Shown: positions 1-10,412, counted from the first letter of the stretch. The stretch is 64,000 nt of DNA from an uncultured Acidobacteriota bacterium (GCA_963700145.1 OY969474.1:4416001-4480000); one strand, 5' to 3'. The notes: a model not told the origin generated them from the letters alone. Program-made: numbers and translations.

Positions 1-772
1 CCTTCAGCCATTCCCCCGCGCCGGCCCAGCAGCCGAGGAGCGCCGCGGCGTAGGCCGTCTCGCGGCGGGAGCGGGCGCAGGGCTGGAGGTCCGCCACCGC
101 CTCGGGGCAGCGCTCGGCGCGCGCCAGGGCGAGCCCGCGCACGCAGAGCGCCCGCGGGTCCTCCGGCGCCAGCGTCGCCGCCCGCCGCGCGCGCTCGAGC
201 CCCGGCGCGGCCTGCCCCTCGGCCAGGTCCAGCTCGGCGAGGAGAACGTGCCAGAGCGCCGTCTGGGGTTCCTTCTGCACTCGCGCCTCCAGCTCCTTGC
301 GCCGCTGCTTGGCGGGCAGCGCTGTCAGCTGCGCCTCGGCCTTGCGCAGCGCGAGGCCGGCGAAGACCGGCACCTGCGCCAACGTGGCGGGGGGCATGGC
401 GGCCACGGTGCGCTCCTCGAACGCCGCGCGCACCTCGGCCGGCACCTCGGCCTGCCGGTAGCCGCCGAACCGCTCCTCGAGCTCGACCACCCGGCGGAAG
501 GTCTCGGCGAAGCCGTCGCCGTCCGCCGCCTTGGCCTGCGCCGCGCCGAGGCGGGTCAGGCAGCCGGTGAGAAGGACCGGCTGCTCGAGGTAGCCGAAGC
601 AGGCGAGGCGCAGATCGCGCGCCGCGGCGGCGAACTCGCCCCGGTCGTAGGCGTAGGCGCCGTCGCGCAGCAGGGCGCTGTAGAAGGGATCGATCTCCTG
701 CGCCGCGGCCGGCACGGACGCGCAGAGGATCGACGTGAAAACGAGGGAGGATCGAAGGCTGCGAAACACCAC
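1..772 (-). CDS. Exported TPR-like protein (partial, runs off the left edge)
   Basis: Manual translation from GTG 772 (TTG 775 possible): VVFRSLRSSLVFTSILCASVPAAAQEIDPFYSALLRDGAYAYDRGEF...; signal peptide and TPR-like helices (ARRAATLAPEDPRALCVRGLALA). Not in the ORF track because no stop lies in the window. Confidence 0.7.
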   Translation of the reverse strand, partial: MVFRSLRSSLVFTSILCASVPAAAQEIDPFYSALLRDGAYAYDRGEFAAAARDLRLACFGYLEQPVLLTGCLTRLGAAQAKAADGDGFAETFRRVVELEERFGGYRQAEVPAEVRAAFEERTVAAMPPATLAQVPVFAGLALRKAEAQLTALPAKQRRKELEARVQKEPQTALWHVLLAELDLAEGQAAPGLERARRAATLAPEDPRALCVRGLALARAERCPEAVADLQPCARSRRETAYAAALLGCWAGAGEWLK

Positions 773-783
773 CAAAAGACTCC

Positions 784-1536
784 TCAGACCCGGCTCTCGG
801 TCTGCTGGTGCGCCGCGGCGAGCGGGAGGTCCGCCACCACGGCGCGGGGGTTGTCTTCGGTCAACTGCTGCGCCACCTCCTCGCCCCAGCGCGCGGCGAC
901 CTCGGCACGGGCGCGGCGCAGCCCGGGCGGGCGGCGGTAAGGGTCGTGCGCGTCGCTGGCCAGGAAGTGCGCCAGCCCGGCGTCGATCAGGCGGTGCGCG
1001 GCGGCCTCCGGACGGTGCCCGAAGTCGCCGGTGACGCTCATCGCCGTCACCTGCATCGCCGCCCCCAGCTCGACCAGCCGTTCGACGAGCGGCGTGTCCT
1101 CGGCCAGCCAGGAGATCAGCTCCGGGTGGGCGAGGACCGGCCGCCACCCCGCGATTACCAGCTCGTGCACCAGCTCGATCGCCTGCCGCGCGCGGCAGGC
1201 GCCGTCGAACTCGACGAGCAGGTAGCGCGAGCCGGCGAGCGGCTGGAGACCGCTCTCTGGCAACCGCGCCAGCTCGGCGAGGAGCTGCGAATCGATGCGG
1301 ATCTCGCCTCCCGGCAGGATGCGCGGCCGTGTCCCCACCGCCGCCTGCAGCTCCTCGCGCAACCCGTCGAGCGCGGCGGCGTCGCAGTTCCACCAGACGC
1401 CGCGCCGCTGGTGCGGTGTCGCGACCATCGCCTCGCACCCTTCGGCCGCCGCCAGCCGGCACATCGCGACCGCCATCTCCAGGTCGCGGGCGCCGTCGTC
1501 GATGCCGGGCAAGACGTGGCAGTGCAGGTCGATCAT
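784..1536 (-). CDS. CpsB/CapC-family PHP tyrosine-protein phosphatase (polysaccharide biosynthesis)
   Basis: MIDLHCHVLPGIDDGA, ATPH, LAHPE, LASDAH motifs; lies directly downstream of the Wzc-like kinase. Confidence 0.93.
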   Translation of the reverse strand: MIDLHCHVLPGIDDGARDLEMAVAMCRLAAAEGCEAMVATPHQRRGVWWNCDAAALDGLREELQAAVGTRPRILPGGEIRIDSQLLAELARLPESGLQPLAGSRYLLVEFDGACRARQAIELVHELVIAGWRPVLAHPELISWLAEDTPLVERLVELGAAMQVTAMSVTGDFGHRPEAAAHRLIDAGLAHFLASDAHDPYRRPPGLRRARAEVAARWGEEVAQQLTEDNPRAVVADLPLAAAHQQTESRV

Positions 1537-1558
1537 GTGCCGCGGCCCCTGACGGATC

Positions 1559-3883
1559 CTACGCCGCCGAGCCGGCCGAGCCGGCCTGGGGCTCGCTCTC
1601 GTAGGCGCTGTAGGACTCGTAGTAGCGGTAGCGCTTGCCGGCGGCCCCCTGCGCGCTGCGGAAGCGGTTGAGCACCGCCCCCAGCACCTTGACCTCTGCC
1701 TGGCGCAGCCGGTCGCGGCAGGCCCGCGCGTCCTCGCGCGTCACCTTGCCGGCGCGCAGCGTCAGCACCACGCCGTCGGCCCAGGCGCCGGCGACGATGG
1801 CGTCGGTCACCGGCAGCACCGGCGGCGTGTCGACGACCACGAAATCGAAGCGCGCGCGCACCTGACGCAGCCATTCGCGCATGCGGTCCGAGGCCAGCAG
1901 CTCCGAGGGGTTCGGCGGGATCGGCCCGCACGGCGTGATCCACAGGTTTGGCACCTCGGTGCGCAGGATCACCGCCTCCGCGTCGGCGCCCGCGGTCAGG
2001 TGGTTCACCAGGCCGAGCCGGTTCGAGACCTTGAAGATCTGGTGCAGGCGCGGCTTGCGCAGGTCGCTGTCGACGATCAGCACCTGCCGCCCGAGCTGCG
2101 CCAGGACGACGGCCAGGTTGGTGGCGGTCGCGGTCTTCCCCTCCGAGGCGCCGGCCGAGGTGACGGCCACCACCTTGAGCTCGTCGGCCGAGGAGAGCAG
2201 CAGCGCGGTGCGGAGCGAGCGGTAGGCCTCCGAGATCGGCGTCCGCGGCCGCTCGTGCGGCACGAGCTCGATCTGCGCCGGCTCGGCCTTCTTCTTCTCC
2301 AGCCAGGCCACCGGCGCCCCGCCCGCCGCGCGGGCGCGCGTCGCGGCGTCCCCTTCGGCGCCGTAGGCGTGGCCGTAGCCGTAGCCGTAGCCGCCGCCGT
2401 ACTTCTTCCCCACCTCGGTCAGGTCGGGGATGACCGCCAGGACCGGCATCTCCAGGCGCCGCTCGATCTGCTCCGGGGTCTTTACCGAGCGGTCCAGGAA
2501 CTCGATCAGGAACGCGCAGCCGATCCCCAGGAGCAGGCCGATGAACAGGCCGTAGGTCAGGTCCTGGCGCAGCGAGGGGCGGAACGGCCCTCCCGGCACC
2601 AGGGCCCGGTCGATGATGCGGATGTTCGAGTCGCGGGTGTCTTGCAGGCGCGCCGCGACGTCGGTCTCCGACTGCTTCCGCATCAACTGGTCGAGCATCT
2701 CGCGGCGGCTCTCCACCTCCACCTTGAGGTTGGTGAACTCCACCGCCGCCGAGTTCTGATCGATCGCCTGCGACTTCACGTTGTTCAGCTCGTTGACCAG
2801 CGCCTGCTCCTGGCGCAGCGCCGTCTGATATTCGGCGTAGGCGCTGCCGCGCGCGATGGAGACGCGTTCGTCGATGACGCGGTTGAGGTCCTGGCGCCCC
2901 TTGTCGATCTTGGCCTTGAGCTCCACCATCGACGGCCATTCGGGCTTGAAGGTCTTGAGCTTCATCTCGTACTCGCGCTCCATCCGGATCTGCTCGGCGC
3001 GCTGGTCGCTCACCAGACCGGGGGAGTGACTGTCGGCCACCGCCTCCTTGGGAGCGCTCAGCACCTCCTGGTGCTGCGCCTGCTTCTCCATCCGCCGCCG
3101 CATCGCGTCCATGTAGTCCTTGTTGAGCGTCTCGAGGCGCTGCAGCACGACGTTAGAGCCGGGATCGATGGCGACGATGTCGCTGCGCCGGCTGAAGGCC
3201 TGGAGCCGGGTCTCGCGGTCCTGGATCTCCTGCTTGAGGCCCTCGACCTGCGCCCCCAGGAAGGTGGAGGCCTTGCCGGCGGTGGTGGAGCGGCTCTCGA
3301 TGCCGAGGTCGATGAACTCCTCGGCGAAGGCGTTGGCGGCGCGCGCGGCAAACTCCGGATCGGCCGAGCGGTAGGAAATGTTCACGAGCTGGGTGTTGGC
3401 GATCGGCTGCACCGCGAGGCCGCCGCGCAGCCCTTCCGCAAGCTGCCCGAGCACCGCCTCGTCGTCGGCGGCCGAAGGCGCGGCGCCCTTGGCCGGCTGC
3501 CGCCCGGCCTCGCGATTCGTGCGCGGGTCGCTCATCAGGTCGAGATGGTGGACCACGCGCTCGGCCAAGCCGCGGCTCTCGAGCAGCTTGTACTGGGTCG
3601 GGTAGAACTCCATGTTGTAGTAGTTCTCGAGCCAGGGGTTCTGGTTGCTGCCGACTAGCGGCGTGAGGCTCCGGCGCTCGATCTGCAGTTGCGCGCGCGC
3701 CTCGTACTCCTTCGGTGTGATCAGGAAGTGGATCACCCCCGCGGTCAGGCTGGTGGCGCAGAGCACCGCCACGAGCCGCCAGTGGCGGCGCACCATTCCG
3801 AGGTACTCGGCGATGTTGAACTCCGACTCCGCCGCCGGCGCGGCCGCCGGCGCTTCCTCGAACGGGTTGTTGAGCGCGCTCAA
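1559..3883 (-). CDS. wzc: Wzc/GumC-family polysaccharide co-polymerase and tyrosine autokinase
   Basis: Two TM segments around a coiled-coil domain; Walker A SAGASEGKT, LIVDSDLR, VVVDTPP; C-terminal Tyr cluster RYRYYESYSAY. Start re-called at TTG 3883, overlapping the wza stop (TTGA). Confidence 0.92.
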   Translation of the reverse strand: MSALNNPFEEAPAAAPAAESEFNIAEYLGMVRRHWRLVAVLCATSLTAGVIHFLITPKEYEARAQLQIERRSLTPLVGSNQNPWLENYYNMEFYPTQYKLLESRGLAERVVHHLDLMSDPRTNREAGRQPAKGAAPSAADDEAVLGQLAEGLRGGLAVQPIANTQLVNISYRSADPEFAARAANAFAEEFIDLGIESRSTTAGKASTFLGAQVEGLKQEIQDRETRLQAFSRRSDIVAIDPGSNVVLQRLETLNKDYMDAMRRRMEKQAQHQEVLSAPKEAVADSHSPGLVSDQRAEQIRMEREYEMKLKTFKPEWPSMVELKAKIDKGRQDLNRVIDERVSIARGSAYAEYQTALRQEQALVNELNNVKSQAIDQNSAAVEFTNLKVEVESRREMLDQLMRKQSETDVAARLQDTRDSNIRIIDRALVPGGPFRPSLRQDLTYGLFIGLLLGIGCAFLIEFLDRSVKTPEQIERRLEMPVLAVIPDLTEVGKKYGGGYGYGYGHAYGAEGDAATRARAAGGAPVAWLEKKKAEPAQIELVPHERPRTPISEAYRSLRTALLLSSADELKVVAVTSAGASEGKTATATNLAVVLAQLGRQVLIVDSDLRKPRLHQIFKVSNRLGLVNHLTAGADAEAVILRTEVPNLWITPCGPIPPNPSELLASDRMREWLRQVRARFDFVVVDTPPVLPVTDAIVAGAWADGVVLTLRAGKVTREDARACRDRLRQAEVKVLGAVLNRFRSAQGAAGKRYRYYESYSAYESEPQAGSAGSAA

Positions 3884-4746
3884 AAGAAGGACTCCTTGAC
3901 GACGACGACGTCGCCATTGTGCAGCTCGAGGTCCGGCTCCTTGCCGGCGAGGATGCGCTTGTAGTCGACCGTCAGATCGCCGCCCGCCGCCGCGGCACCG
4001 GGAGCGGCGGCCGCCGCGGCGGCGCGCCGGACGACGATGCGGCTCGCCGCGCGGTCGGTCAGCCCGCCGGCGCGCGCGATCGCCGCCAGCAGCGTCACCC
4101 GGTCGGTGCTCTTGAAAGCGATGGCGCCCGGCGTGGCGACCTCGCCCAGGCAATAGATGGTGACCTCCGAAGTCCCCGGGACGTTGATCAGGTCGTTGGC
4201 GATGATCGGCAGATTGACCTTGGGATCGGCCCGCACCAGCAGGTCGTGAGCGTTGACCACGACCTGATCGGAGAGGCCGTTGTCGGCGTGCCGCAGGATG
4301 TAGATCTTGCCGCCGTGTCCCTCGCTCAGGCCGCCGGCGGCGGTGATCGCCTCGAGCAGCGTCCAGCGGCCGGAGAAGGCGAGGGGCCCGGCTTGCCGCA
4401 CCGCGCCGATGACGGTGATCGGCTTGGAGCGGAACTCGAGCACGTCGACGTTGACGGTGGCGCGCTGCACGTAGCGCGAGAGCAGCTCGCGGAGGCGCGC
4501 CTCCAGCTCCTCGGCGGTCAGGCCGACGGCGGCGACGTCCCCGAGCTGCGGCAGGTTGATCATGCCGTTCTCGCCGACCCGCCGCTCGCCATTGAGCTCC
4601 GGCACCTCGTAGACCTGGATCGCCACCAGGTCCTTGGGACCGATGCGATAGCCGGGCGCGCTCGCCGGCGCCTGCGCGAAGGCAGGCGGCAGGAGGGCTA
4701 GAGAAACGGAGGCCAACAGACTGAGGACGGCAGTTCTCGACTTCAT
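3880..4746 (-). CDS. wza: Polysaccharide biosynthesis/export protein (Wza-like, Poly_export + SLBB)
   Basis: YRIGPKDLVAIQV...GMINLPQLGDVAAVGLT; two SLBB repeats (TLLEAITAAGGL, TLLAAIARAGGL); signal peptide; ends VKESFF. Confidence 0.9.
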   Translation of the reverse strand: MKSRTAVLSLLASVSLALLPPAFAQAPASAPGYRIGPKDLVAIQVYEVPELNGERRVGENGMINLPQLGDVAAVGLTAEELEARLRELLSRYVQRATVNVDVLEFRSKPITVIGAVRQAGPLAFSGRWTLLEAITAAGGLSEGHGGKIYILRHADNGLSDQVVVNAHDLLVRADPKVNLPIIANDLINVPGTSEVTIYCLGEVATPGAIAFKSTDRVTLLAAIARAGGLTDRAASRIVVRRAAAAAAAPGAAAAGGDLTVDYKRILAGKEPDLELHNGDVVVVKESFF

Positions 4747-4823
4747 AGGCTACTCGCTGTGACGCAACAGTTTACGACGAGAGGGACGGGAGTGCAAAAG
4801 AGCTATCGCAATGCGCGCCTAGG

Positions 4824-6098
4824 CTACCACTCACCGCGTCTCCCACCCAGCGTCACGCCGATGCCGAGGAAGGTGACGCTGCGGTCGAGGAGCGGCAGGT
4901 TCGAGTCGAGCTCGAGGCGGCGCGCGGCGACGGTCAGCCGCGCCGAGCGGCCGAGCCCGAAGCCGAGCCCGGCGCCGTAGGCCGAGGTGTCGTCGCGGCG
5001 GTCTGGAACGCCGGGTGCGGCGGCCGTGTAGTCGTGCCGGCCGATCTCGCCGAAGACGGTGAAGTCGGTGCGCCAGCCGAGCCGCACCTGCCCCCCGATC
5101 CCCAGCCGGTCGTCAGTGAAGTACGGGTAGTCGCCGGCCAGCGAGTAGACGAGGCCGCGCCCGCCGTACACCCAGATCGGCAGGCGGCTGTCGCTGTTGA
5201 AGCCGGCCTCGATCGACGCCGTGGTCTCGTCGAAGGGGACGAAGCTCGAGCCCTGCCGCGGCTCGAGCGAGCGCTGCGCCGCCTCGAAGCGCAGGTAGTG
5301 CTCCTCGCGGTCCCACCGTACCTCCAAGACCGGTGAAGTGCCGGCGTTCGAGAGGTCCAACCCATCCTGCTCGAACTCGGCCTGCGAGCGCTCGGCACCG
5401 AGCCCGACGGACCAGCCGCGCGGCATGTGCCAGCGCAGGCCGGCGCGCAGGTAGCTGGCGTCGCGATCGAGCAGGTCGAGCGGCGCCTGGGCGGGGTCCT
5501 TCACCACGTTGCGCGTCCGCGCGACCTCGCCGGAGGCGAAGACCGAGATGCGGCCGGTCGCCTTGAGGTCCAGGGAGAGCCGCCCGCGCTCGCGCCGCAA
5601 GTGGACCTGCTCGGGCACCTCCAGCGAGGCCAGCCGCTGCTGCTGGTCGCGCTCGGCCAGCGCCTCCACGGTCAAGCGGTTGAAGAAGCCGAAGCCGAGG
5701 ACGCCATAGCGGCCGTTGACGCTGCGCCGCTCCTCGAGCTCCTGCCAGGCGACGTATTCCGGCAGCACGTGGGCCGCCCAGATGACCTTCGGTCCGGTGC
5801 GGAGGTAGGCGCGGAGGCCGGCACCGACGGTGCCGGTGAGGTCGGAGGTCTTCTCGTCCTCGCCGGGGGTGCCGAAGGCGTTGTCGACGTACTGCACGTC
5901 GTAGACGCCGATCCAGGGAGTGACGCGCACGACGCCGAGCCGCAGCGGCGCCGCGTCCATCTTGCCTTCCAGCTCCTCCTGGCGCGAGACCGGCCGCCCG
6001 GCGGGGCCGCCGGGCTCCGTATACTGATCGAATTGAGCCAGGGCGGAGCGGGCCTCGACGAGGAGGAGGGCGAGCGCCAGCAGGCGCGCCGTGCGCAA
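4824..6098 (-). CDS. Outer-membrane beta-barrel protein associated with the EPS locus
   Basis: C-terminal half of track ORF 4824..7529; signal peptide LRTARLLALALLLVEARSALAQ, amphipathic beta-strand pattern. Start uncertain (TTG 6098 or 6119, ATG 6140). Confidence 0.72.
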   Translation of the reverse strand: MRTARLLALALLLVEARSALAQFDQYTEPGGPAGRPVSRQEELEGKMDAAPLRLGVVRVTPWIGVYDVQYVDNAFGTPGEDEKTSDLTGTVGAGLRAYLRTGPKVIWAAHVLPEYVAWQELEERRSVNGRYGVLGFGFFNRLTVEALAERDQQQRLASLEVPEQVHLRRERGRLSLDLKATGRISVFASGEVARTRNVVKDPAQAPLDLLDRDASYLRAGLRWHMPRGWSVGLGAERSQAEFEQDGLDLSNAGTSPVLEVRWDREEHYLRFEAAQRSLEPRQGSSFVPFDETTASIEAGFNSDSRLPIWVYGGRGLVYSLAGDYPYFTDDRLGIGGQVRLGWRTDFTVFGEIGRHDYTAAAPGVPDRRDDTSAYGAGLGFGLGRSARLTVAARRLELDSNLPLLDRSVTFLGIGVTLGGRRGEW

Positions 6099-6128
6099 GC
6101 CGTTCGGGTGTCGCGCCAAAGCGCGCGC

Positions 6129-7538
6129 ATGATACGTCATCGCGTCCTGGTCCCCGCGGCGGCGCTCGGCCTCCTGCTGCTCTGGGCGCCCCTTCCCTTC
6201 GGCAGCGTGACACCGGGGGCCGTCGCCGCGCTGGAGGCCGCGTGCTTCGTCGCGTTCGCGCTCGCCGCCGCCACCGCCGCGGACCTGCGGCCGCTGCGCC
6301 GCGCCTGGCCGGTCGCCGCCCCGCTGCTCGGTCTGGCGCTCTGGGGGCTGGTGCAGTCGGCGCCCTGGCCGGTCAGGGTCGTCGAGGCGGTGGCGCCGGA
6401 GCAGGCGTGGCTGGCGCGCGGCGCGACGGAGGCCCTGGCCGCGGGGGCCCACGGCGGCGAGGCGCTGGCGCTCGGCTCCGGCGCGCCGCGGCCGGCGCTC
6501 TCGCTCGCCCCGTCGGCGTCGCGCGCCGCGGCCCTCGCCTGGGCGTCGATCGCCGCGGCGCTCGGCGCGGCGGCCCTCGCCGGCGCCGAGCGGCAGGGGC
6601 GGCGCCTCCTCGCCGCGGCACTCGGCGCGGGGGCGCTCGCCCAGGTCGTGTTTGGCGCCCAGGCCTGGTTCGCGCGCTCGGAGACGATCTGGGGTGTGGA
6701 CGTGCCGGGCGCCGCCACGCGGCTGCGCGGCACCTTCGTCAACCCCGACCACGCCGCCACCTATCTCGGCATCGCCCTGCCGGCCGCCTTCGCCTGGGGG
6801 TGGTGGGCGGCGCGGCGGGCGCGCGAGGAGCCGCACCTCGAGCGCCGGGTGCTCTGGCTGGCGCCGCCGGCGCTCGTCTGGCTCACGCTCTTCGCGGGCC
6901 TCGCCTTCACCGGCTCGCGCGGCGGCCTGGTGGCGGCGGTGACCGGCGCGGCGGTGCAGGGGCTGCTTCTCGCCGTGCGCGGGCGGCTGGCCGGCCGCGG
7001 GGGCTGGCGCTTCGCACCGGTCGGCGTCGTGGCGGCGGCGGTGGGGGTGGGCGTGGTGGCCGTGATCGGCTTGCAGGAAGGGCTCGGGCGAATCCTCGCC
7101 ACCACGCAGTACGACGTCTCCTGGGGCGCGCGCCGGGCGGCCTACGGCGCCACGCTCGACCTCTGGCGCCGCTTCCCCTGGACCGGCAGCGGCCTCGGCA
7201 CCTTCCGCGAGGCCTTCCCGCTCGTCCAGCCGCCCGGGCTCGCCGGCACCTGGCGCCACGCCCACAGCGACCCCGTCGAGCTGCTCGCGACGGCGGGGGT
7301 CGTCGGGGCGCTCCTCCTCGCCGCGGCGCTCGTCCCGCTCCTGCTGCGCCTGGCGCAGGTCCTCCAGCGCGGGCACCGCTCCGAGGACCGCGCCGCCGCT
7401 CTCGCCGCGCTCGGCGCCCTCGCCGCCCTGGCCGTCCACGAGGCGGTCGACTTCGGCCTCACGATCCCCGCCAACGCGCTCACTCTCGCGGTCGTCGTCG
7501 GCGCTGCGCTCGGGGCGCGGACCGAGCACGCCCGCTGA
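6129..7538 (+). CDS. O-antigen ligase/Wzy_C-family membrane protein (copy 1)
   Basis: Polytopic membrane protein from ATG 6129; RLRGTFVNPDH, TGSRGG, GSGLGTF, HAHSD motifs. Confidence 0.88.
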   Translation: MIRHRVLVPAAALGLLLLWAPLPFGSVTPGAVAALEAACFVAFALAAATAADLRPLRRAWPVAAPLLGLALWGLVQSAPWPVRVVEAVAPEQAWLARGATEALAAGAHGGEALALGSGAPRPALSLAPSASRAAALAWASIAAALGAAALAGAERQGRRLLAAALGAGALAQVVFGAQAWFARSETIWGVDVPGAATRLRGTFVNPDHAATYLGIALPAAFAWGWWAARRAREEPHLERRVLWLAPPALVWLTLFAGLAFTGSRGGLVAAVTGAAVQGLLLAVRGRLAGRGGWRFAPVGVVAAAVGVGVVAVIGLQEGLGRILATTQYDVSWGARRAAYGATLDLWRRFPWTGSGLGTFREAFPLVQPPGLAGTWRHAHSDPVELLATAGVVGALLLAAALVPLLLRLAQVLQRGHRSEDRAAALAALGALAALAVHEAVDFGLTIPANALTLAVVVGAALGARTEHAR

Positions 7539-7542
7539 CGGT

Positions 7543-9159
7543 TCAGCGCGGCGGCTGCAGCAGCCGGACCGTTCCCGGCAGGACCTGACCGCCGGCGACG
7601 GGGTAGAGGTCGAGGAGGTGGAGGCCGGCGGCGAGCGGCGCGCGCAGCGCGATGATCTCGCCGCGCCGCGCCGGGAAGCGGCCGGCCACGCCGCCGTCCA
7701 CGCGGAGCTCGACCCAGGCCCCCTCGGCGGGGGCTTCGTCGATCCGGATCTCGAGCCCGCGCGCCGGCTCGCCGGTCAGGAACGCGAGCCGCGCGCGGCC
7801 GCGCTCCCAGGTCCAGGCGGAGGCCGGCCAAGCACCGGCGGCGAGATGGGCGAGCGCTTCCCGCGCCGCCGCCGCGGCCGTCGGATCGCCGGCGGCGCGC
7901 GCCAGCTCGGCCCGCGCCCGCCAGGTGAAGGGGCTGCGGTCCCAGGTGATGTGGACCAGCGCCAGCGCCGTGGCCGCCTCCTCCAGCCGCCCGCGCCGCG
8001 CCAGGGCCCGCGCCTTCTCGATCAGGTAGGGCGCCCAGGCCTCGGTCCACTCCGGCGCCCGCCGCTCGATCCGCTCGGCGCGCTCGAGGTCGCCGCCGGC
8101 GAGCGTCGCGAGCGCCGCCTGCTCGAGCGGCAGGTCGCGGCAGAAGCCGGCGAGCCGCCGCACCGCGGTCGCGCTGAGCGGACAGCCGTCGAGGCGGCAG
8201 CGGTCGAGCACCCAGCCGAGCTGCTCGCGCAGCGGTCCGGCGACGGAGCCTCCGGCCGGGCCCGGCGGGCAGAGCGCGAGCACGCGCGCCAGCAGGTCGG
8301 CGCCGCGCGGACCCTGCTCCGCCCGCGCCGCGACCGTCAGGAAGAGGTTGCGCGCCCCGACCGGGTCGCCGCCGCGCAGCCGCTCCTCGGCCTCGGCCAG
8401 GTCGGCCTCGAGGCGCTCCCGCAGCGACCGCCGCCAGCGGGCGTGCGCGGCGGTCGCTCCCTCCCAGTCGCGGCGCGCGGCGAGGACCCCCTGCAGCTCG
8501 CCCCAGGCTTCCGGCCGCGGCGGCACCAGGGCGAGGGCCGCCGCGCGGCTCGGCGCCACCTCCATCCAGGGTCCGATCAGGGCGCGGAAGGTCTCCTGAT
8601 CGCGAAAGGCGCGCTGCAGGAGCCGGTGCGCGAAGGCGCGTTTCTCCGGCGCCAGGGCGGGCCAGAGCTCGAGGTAGGCGGCGGCGAGGAAGCGCCGCGG
8701 CTCGCGCTTGCCCGGCCCGCGCGCGAGCGCGGCGAGGAGCGGCTCCTCCCACGAGGAGTACGAGGTGAGGAGACGAGGATCGCGCGCCCGCGCCCAGCCC
8801 AGATAGGTCGAGGCCCCGAGCACCGTCGCGGCGTCCCAGGCCGCCGGCCGTGCCGCCAGGACGCGGGAGGCGAGCGCGCGTGCCGCCGCCAGCCGCTCGG
8901 CACCGCCCGGGCCGGCGGCGGTGCGGGGGTCGAGCTCGGCGGCGAGGAGCGCCGTGGCCGCCACCGCCTCGGCGCGGCGCGGGTCGGGCTCGCGGCGGAC
9001 GTCCGCGGCGACGCGGGCGGGCAGCTCGCCGCCCGCCGTGCGCAGGATGCCGGCCAGCTTCTCCTGGTCGGCGCGCCACGCGCTCCAGGGCAGGAGGGGA
9101 AGCGGCGCGGCGAGGAGCGCGATCGCCGCGAGCAGCGCGCGGGCCGGCAGGCGGGGCAC
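7543..9159 (-). CDS. Hypothetical exported helical/TPR-like protein with a C-terminal beta domain
   Basis: N-terminal hydrophobic segment, Ala/Leu/Arg helical repeats, coding-like codon bias. Confidence 0.65.
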   Translation of the reverse strand: MPRLPARALLAAIALLAAPLPLLPWSAWRADQEKLAGILRTAGGELPARVAADVRREPDPRRAEAVAATALLAAELDPRTAAGPGGAERLAAARALASRVLAARPAAWDAATVLGASTYLGWARARDPRLLTSYSSWEEPLLAALARGPGKREPRRFLAAAYLELWPALAPEKRAFAHRLLQRAFRDQETFRALIGPWMEVAPSRAAALALVPPRPEAWGELQGVLAARRDWEGATAAHARWRRSLRERLEADLAEAEERLRGGDPVGARNLFLTVAARAEQGPRGADLLARVLALCPPGPAGGSVAGPLREQLGWVLDRCRLDGCPLSATAVRRLAGFCRDLPLEQAALATLAGGDLERAERIERRAPEWTEAWAPYLIEKARALARRGRLEEAATALALVHITWDRSPFTWRARAELARAAGDPTAAAAAREALAHLAAGAWPASAWTWERGRARLAFLTGEPARGLEIRIDEAPAEGAWVELRVDGGVAGRFPARRGEIIALRAPLAAGLHLLDLYPVAGGQVLPGTVRLLQPPR

Positions 9160-9188
9160 GCCGGTAGTCTAGTGTTCACCTGCGCCTC

Positions 9189-10385
9189 ATGCCCGAAGGC
9201 TTCCGCTTCCACCCGCCGCCGGTCGAGCTCACCGCCGAGCTCCGCTGGCTGCTGCTGCGCGCCTTCGGTCCCGCCGGCGCGCCGCCGCCCGGCCCCGTGG
9301 ACGGCCCGCGCTGCCACGAGCTGGCGCGCCGCTTCGAGCTGGCGGCGCGGGTGGCGCACCGCACGGGGCGCGAGGCGCTGGCGGCCGAGGTCGGCGCGGA
9401 GGCCGCCGCCCGCTTCCAGCGCGACCGCCTCGCCGCCGCCGCCAACGCCCTGAGCCTGGAGGGCGTGGCGCGCGAGCTGGCGGCGACGGCGGCGCGGCTC
9501 GGGATGCCGCTCGTGCTGCTCAAGTTCGCGGCCTTGCATCGGACCGGCGCGGCGCCGCCGGGGAGCCGCTCGGCGGTGGACCTCGACGTCCTCGCTCCCG
9601 CCGCCGGCGCCGGCGAGCTCCAGGCCGCGCTCGTCGCCGCCGGCTACCGCCAGGCGGCGCTCCCCGAGCACGAGCACCACCTCCCGGCCCTCGGCCACCC
9701 CGTGTGCGGAATGGTCGAGGTCCATCGCGCCCTGCCCGGCGTCCGCCTCGCCGCGGCGGGCCGCTCCGCCACCTTCGAAGACCTGGCGGCCCACGCGCTC
9801 CTCGTCCCTTGCCGCGACCTTCCGGGTGACTGCGCCGTGCCGCCGCCGGGGGTGCTGGCCGCTCACGCCCTGGCGCACGGCCTCGCCCAGCACGGGAGCC
9901 AGCCCGCGGCCTACCCGCTGCTCAAGATGGTGGCCGACCTGATCGACCTCGGCTGGGCCGGGCCGGAGGCCGACAGGCTGGCAGCGGCGGCGCGGCCGCT
10001 CGTGGCCGGCGACGTCGCCGGCGAGGAGGTCGCGGCGGCGCGCGGCCTCGCCGCCGCGCTCGCCGCCGGCGACCTGCCGCCCGCCGAGAGCGGCGCGGCG
10101 CTGCTCCTGGCGCACGCCCTGGCCGGCCGGCTCGACCCCGACTACGCCGCGGCGCAGCGCCTCGATCTCTTCGCGGCGCAGCCGAGCGACCGGCCGCGCG
10201 CGACGCGCTGGGCCGGCACTCTCTGGCGCACGCTCGTCCTCACGCGCGGCCAGATCGACGCGGTCTACGGACCGCCGCGCCACCCCGGCGGCTACCTGCT
10301 GCGGCGCCTGGCTCGTCCTTTCGACCTCCTCGTCCGCTTTCTGCGCTACCGCGCCAGCCGCCGCCGCCTCGCCCGCCGCGGCTGA
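9189..10385 (+). CDS. Nucleotidyltransferase-family protein (NTP_transf_5-like)
   Basis: PLVLLKFAAL...RSAVDLDVL, VEVHRAL and KMVADL match the family pattern LKGxxL...RxxxDLDLL...ExH...D. Confidence 0.8.
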   Translation: MPEGFRFHPPPVELTAELRWLLLRAFGPAGAPPPGPVDGPRCHELARRFELAARVAHRTGREALAAEVGAEAAARFQRDRLAAAANALSLEGVARELAATAARLGMPLVLLKFAALHRTGAAPPGSRSAVDLDVLAPAAGAGELQAALVAAGYRQAALPEHEHHLPALGHPVCGMVEVHRALPGVRLAAAGRSATFEDLAAHALLVPCRDLPGDCAVPPPGVLAAHALAHGLAQHGSQPAAYPLLKMVADLIDLGWAGPEADRLAAAARPLVAGDVAGEEVAAARGLAAALAAGDLPPAESGAALLLAHALAGRLDPDYAAAQRLDLFAAQPSDRPRATRWAGTLWRTLVLTRGQIDAVYGPPRHPGGYLLRRLARPFDLLVRFLRYRASRRRLARRG

Positions 10386-10412
10386 AGCCCGCGGGCGGTA
10401 CGATCTGCGCGC

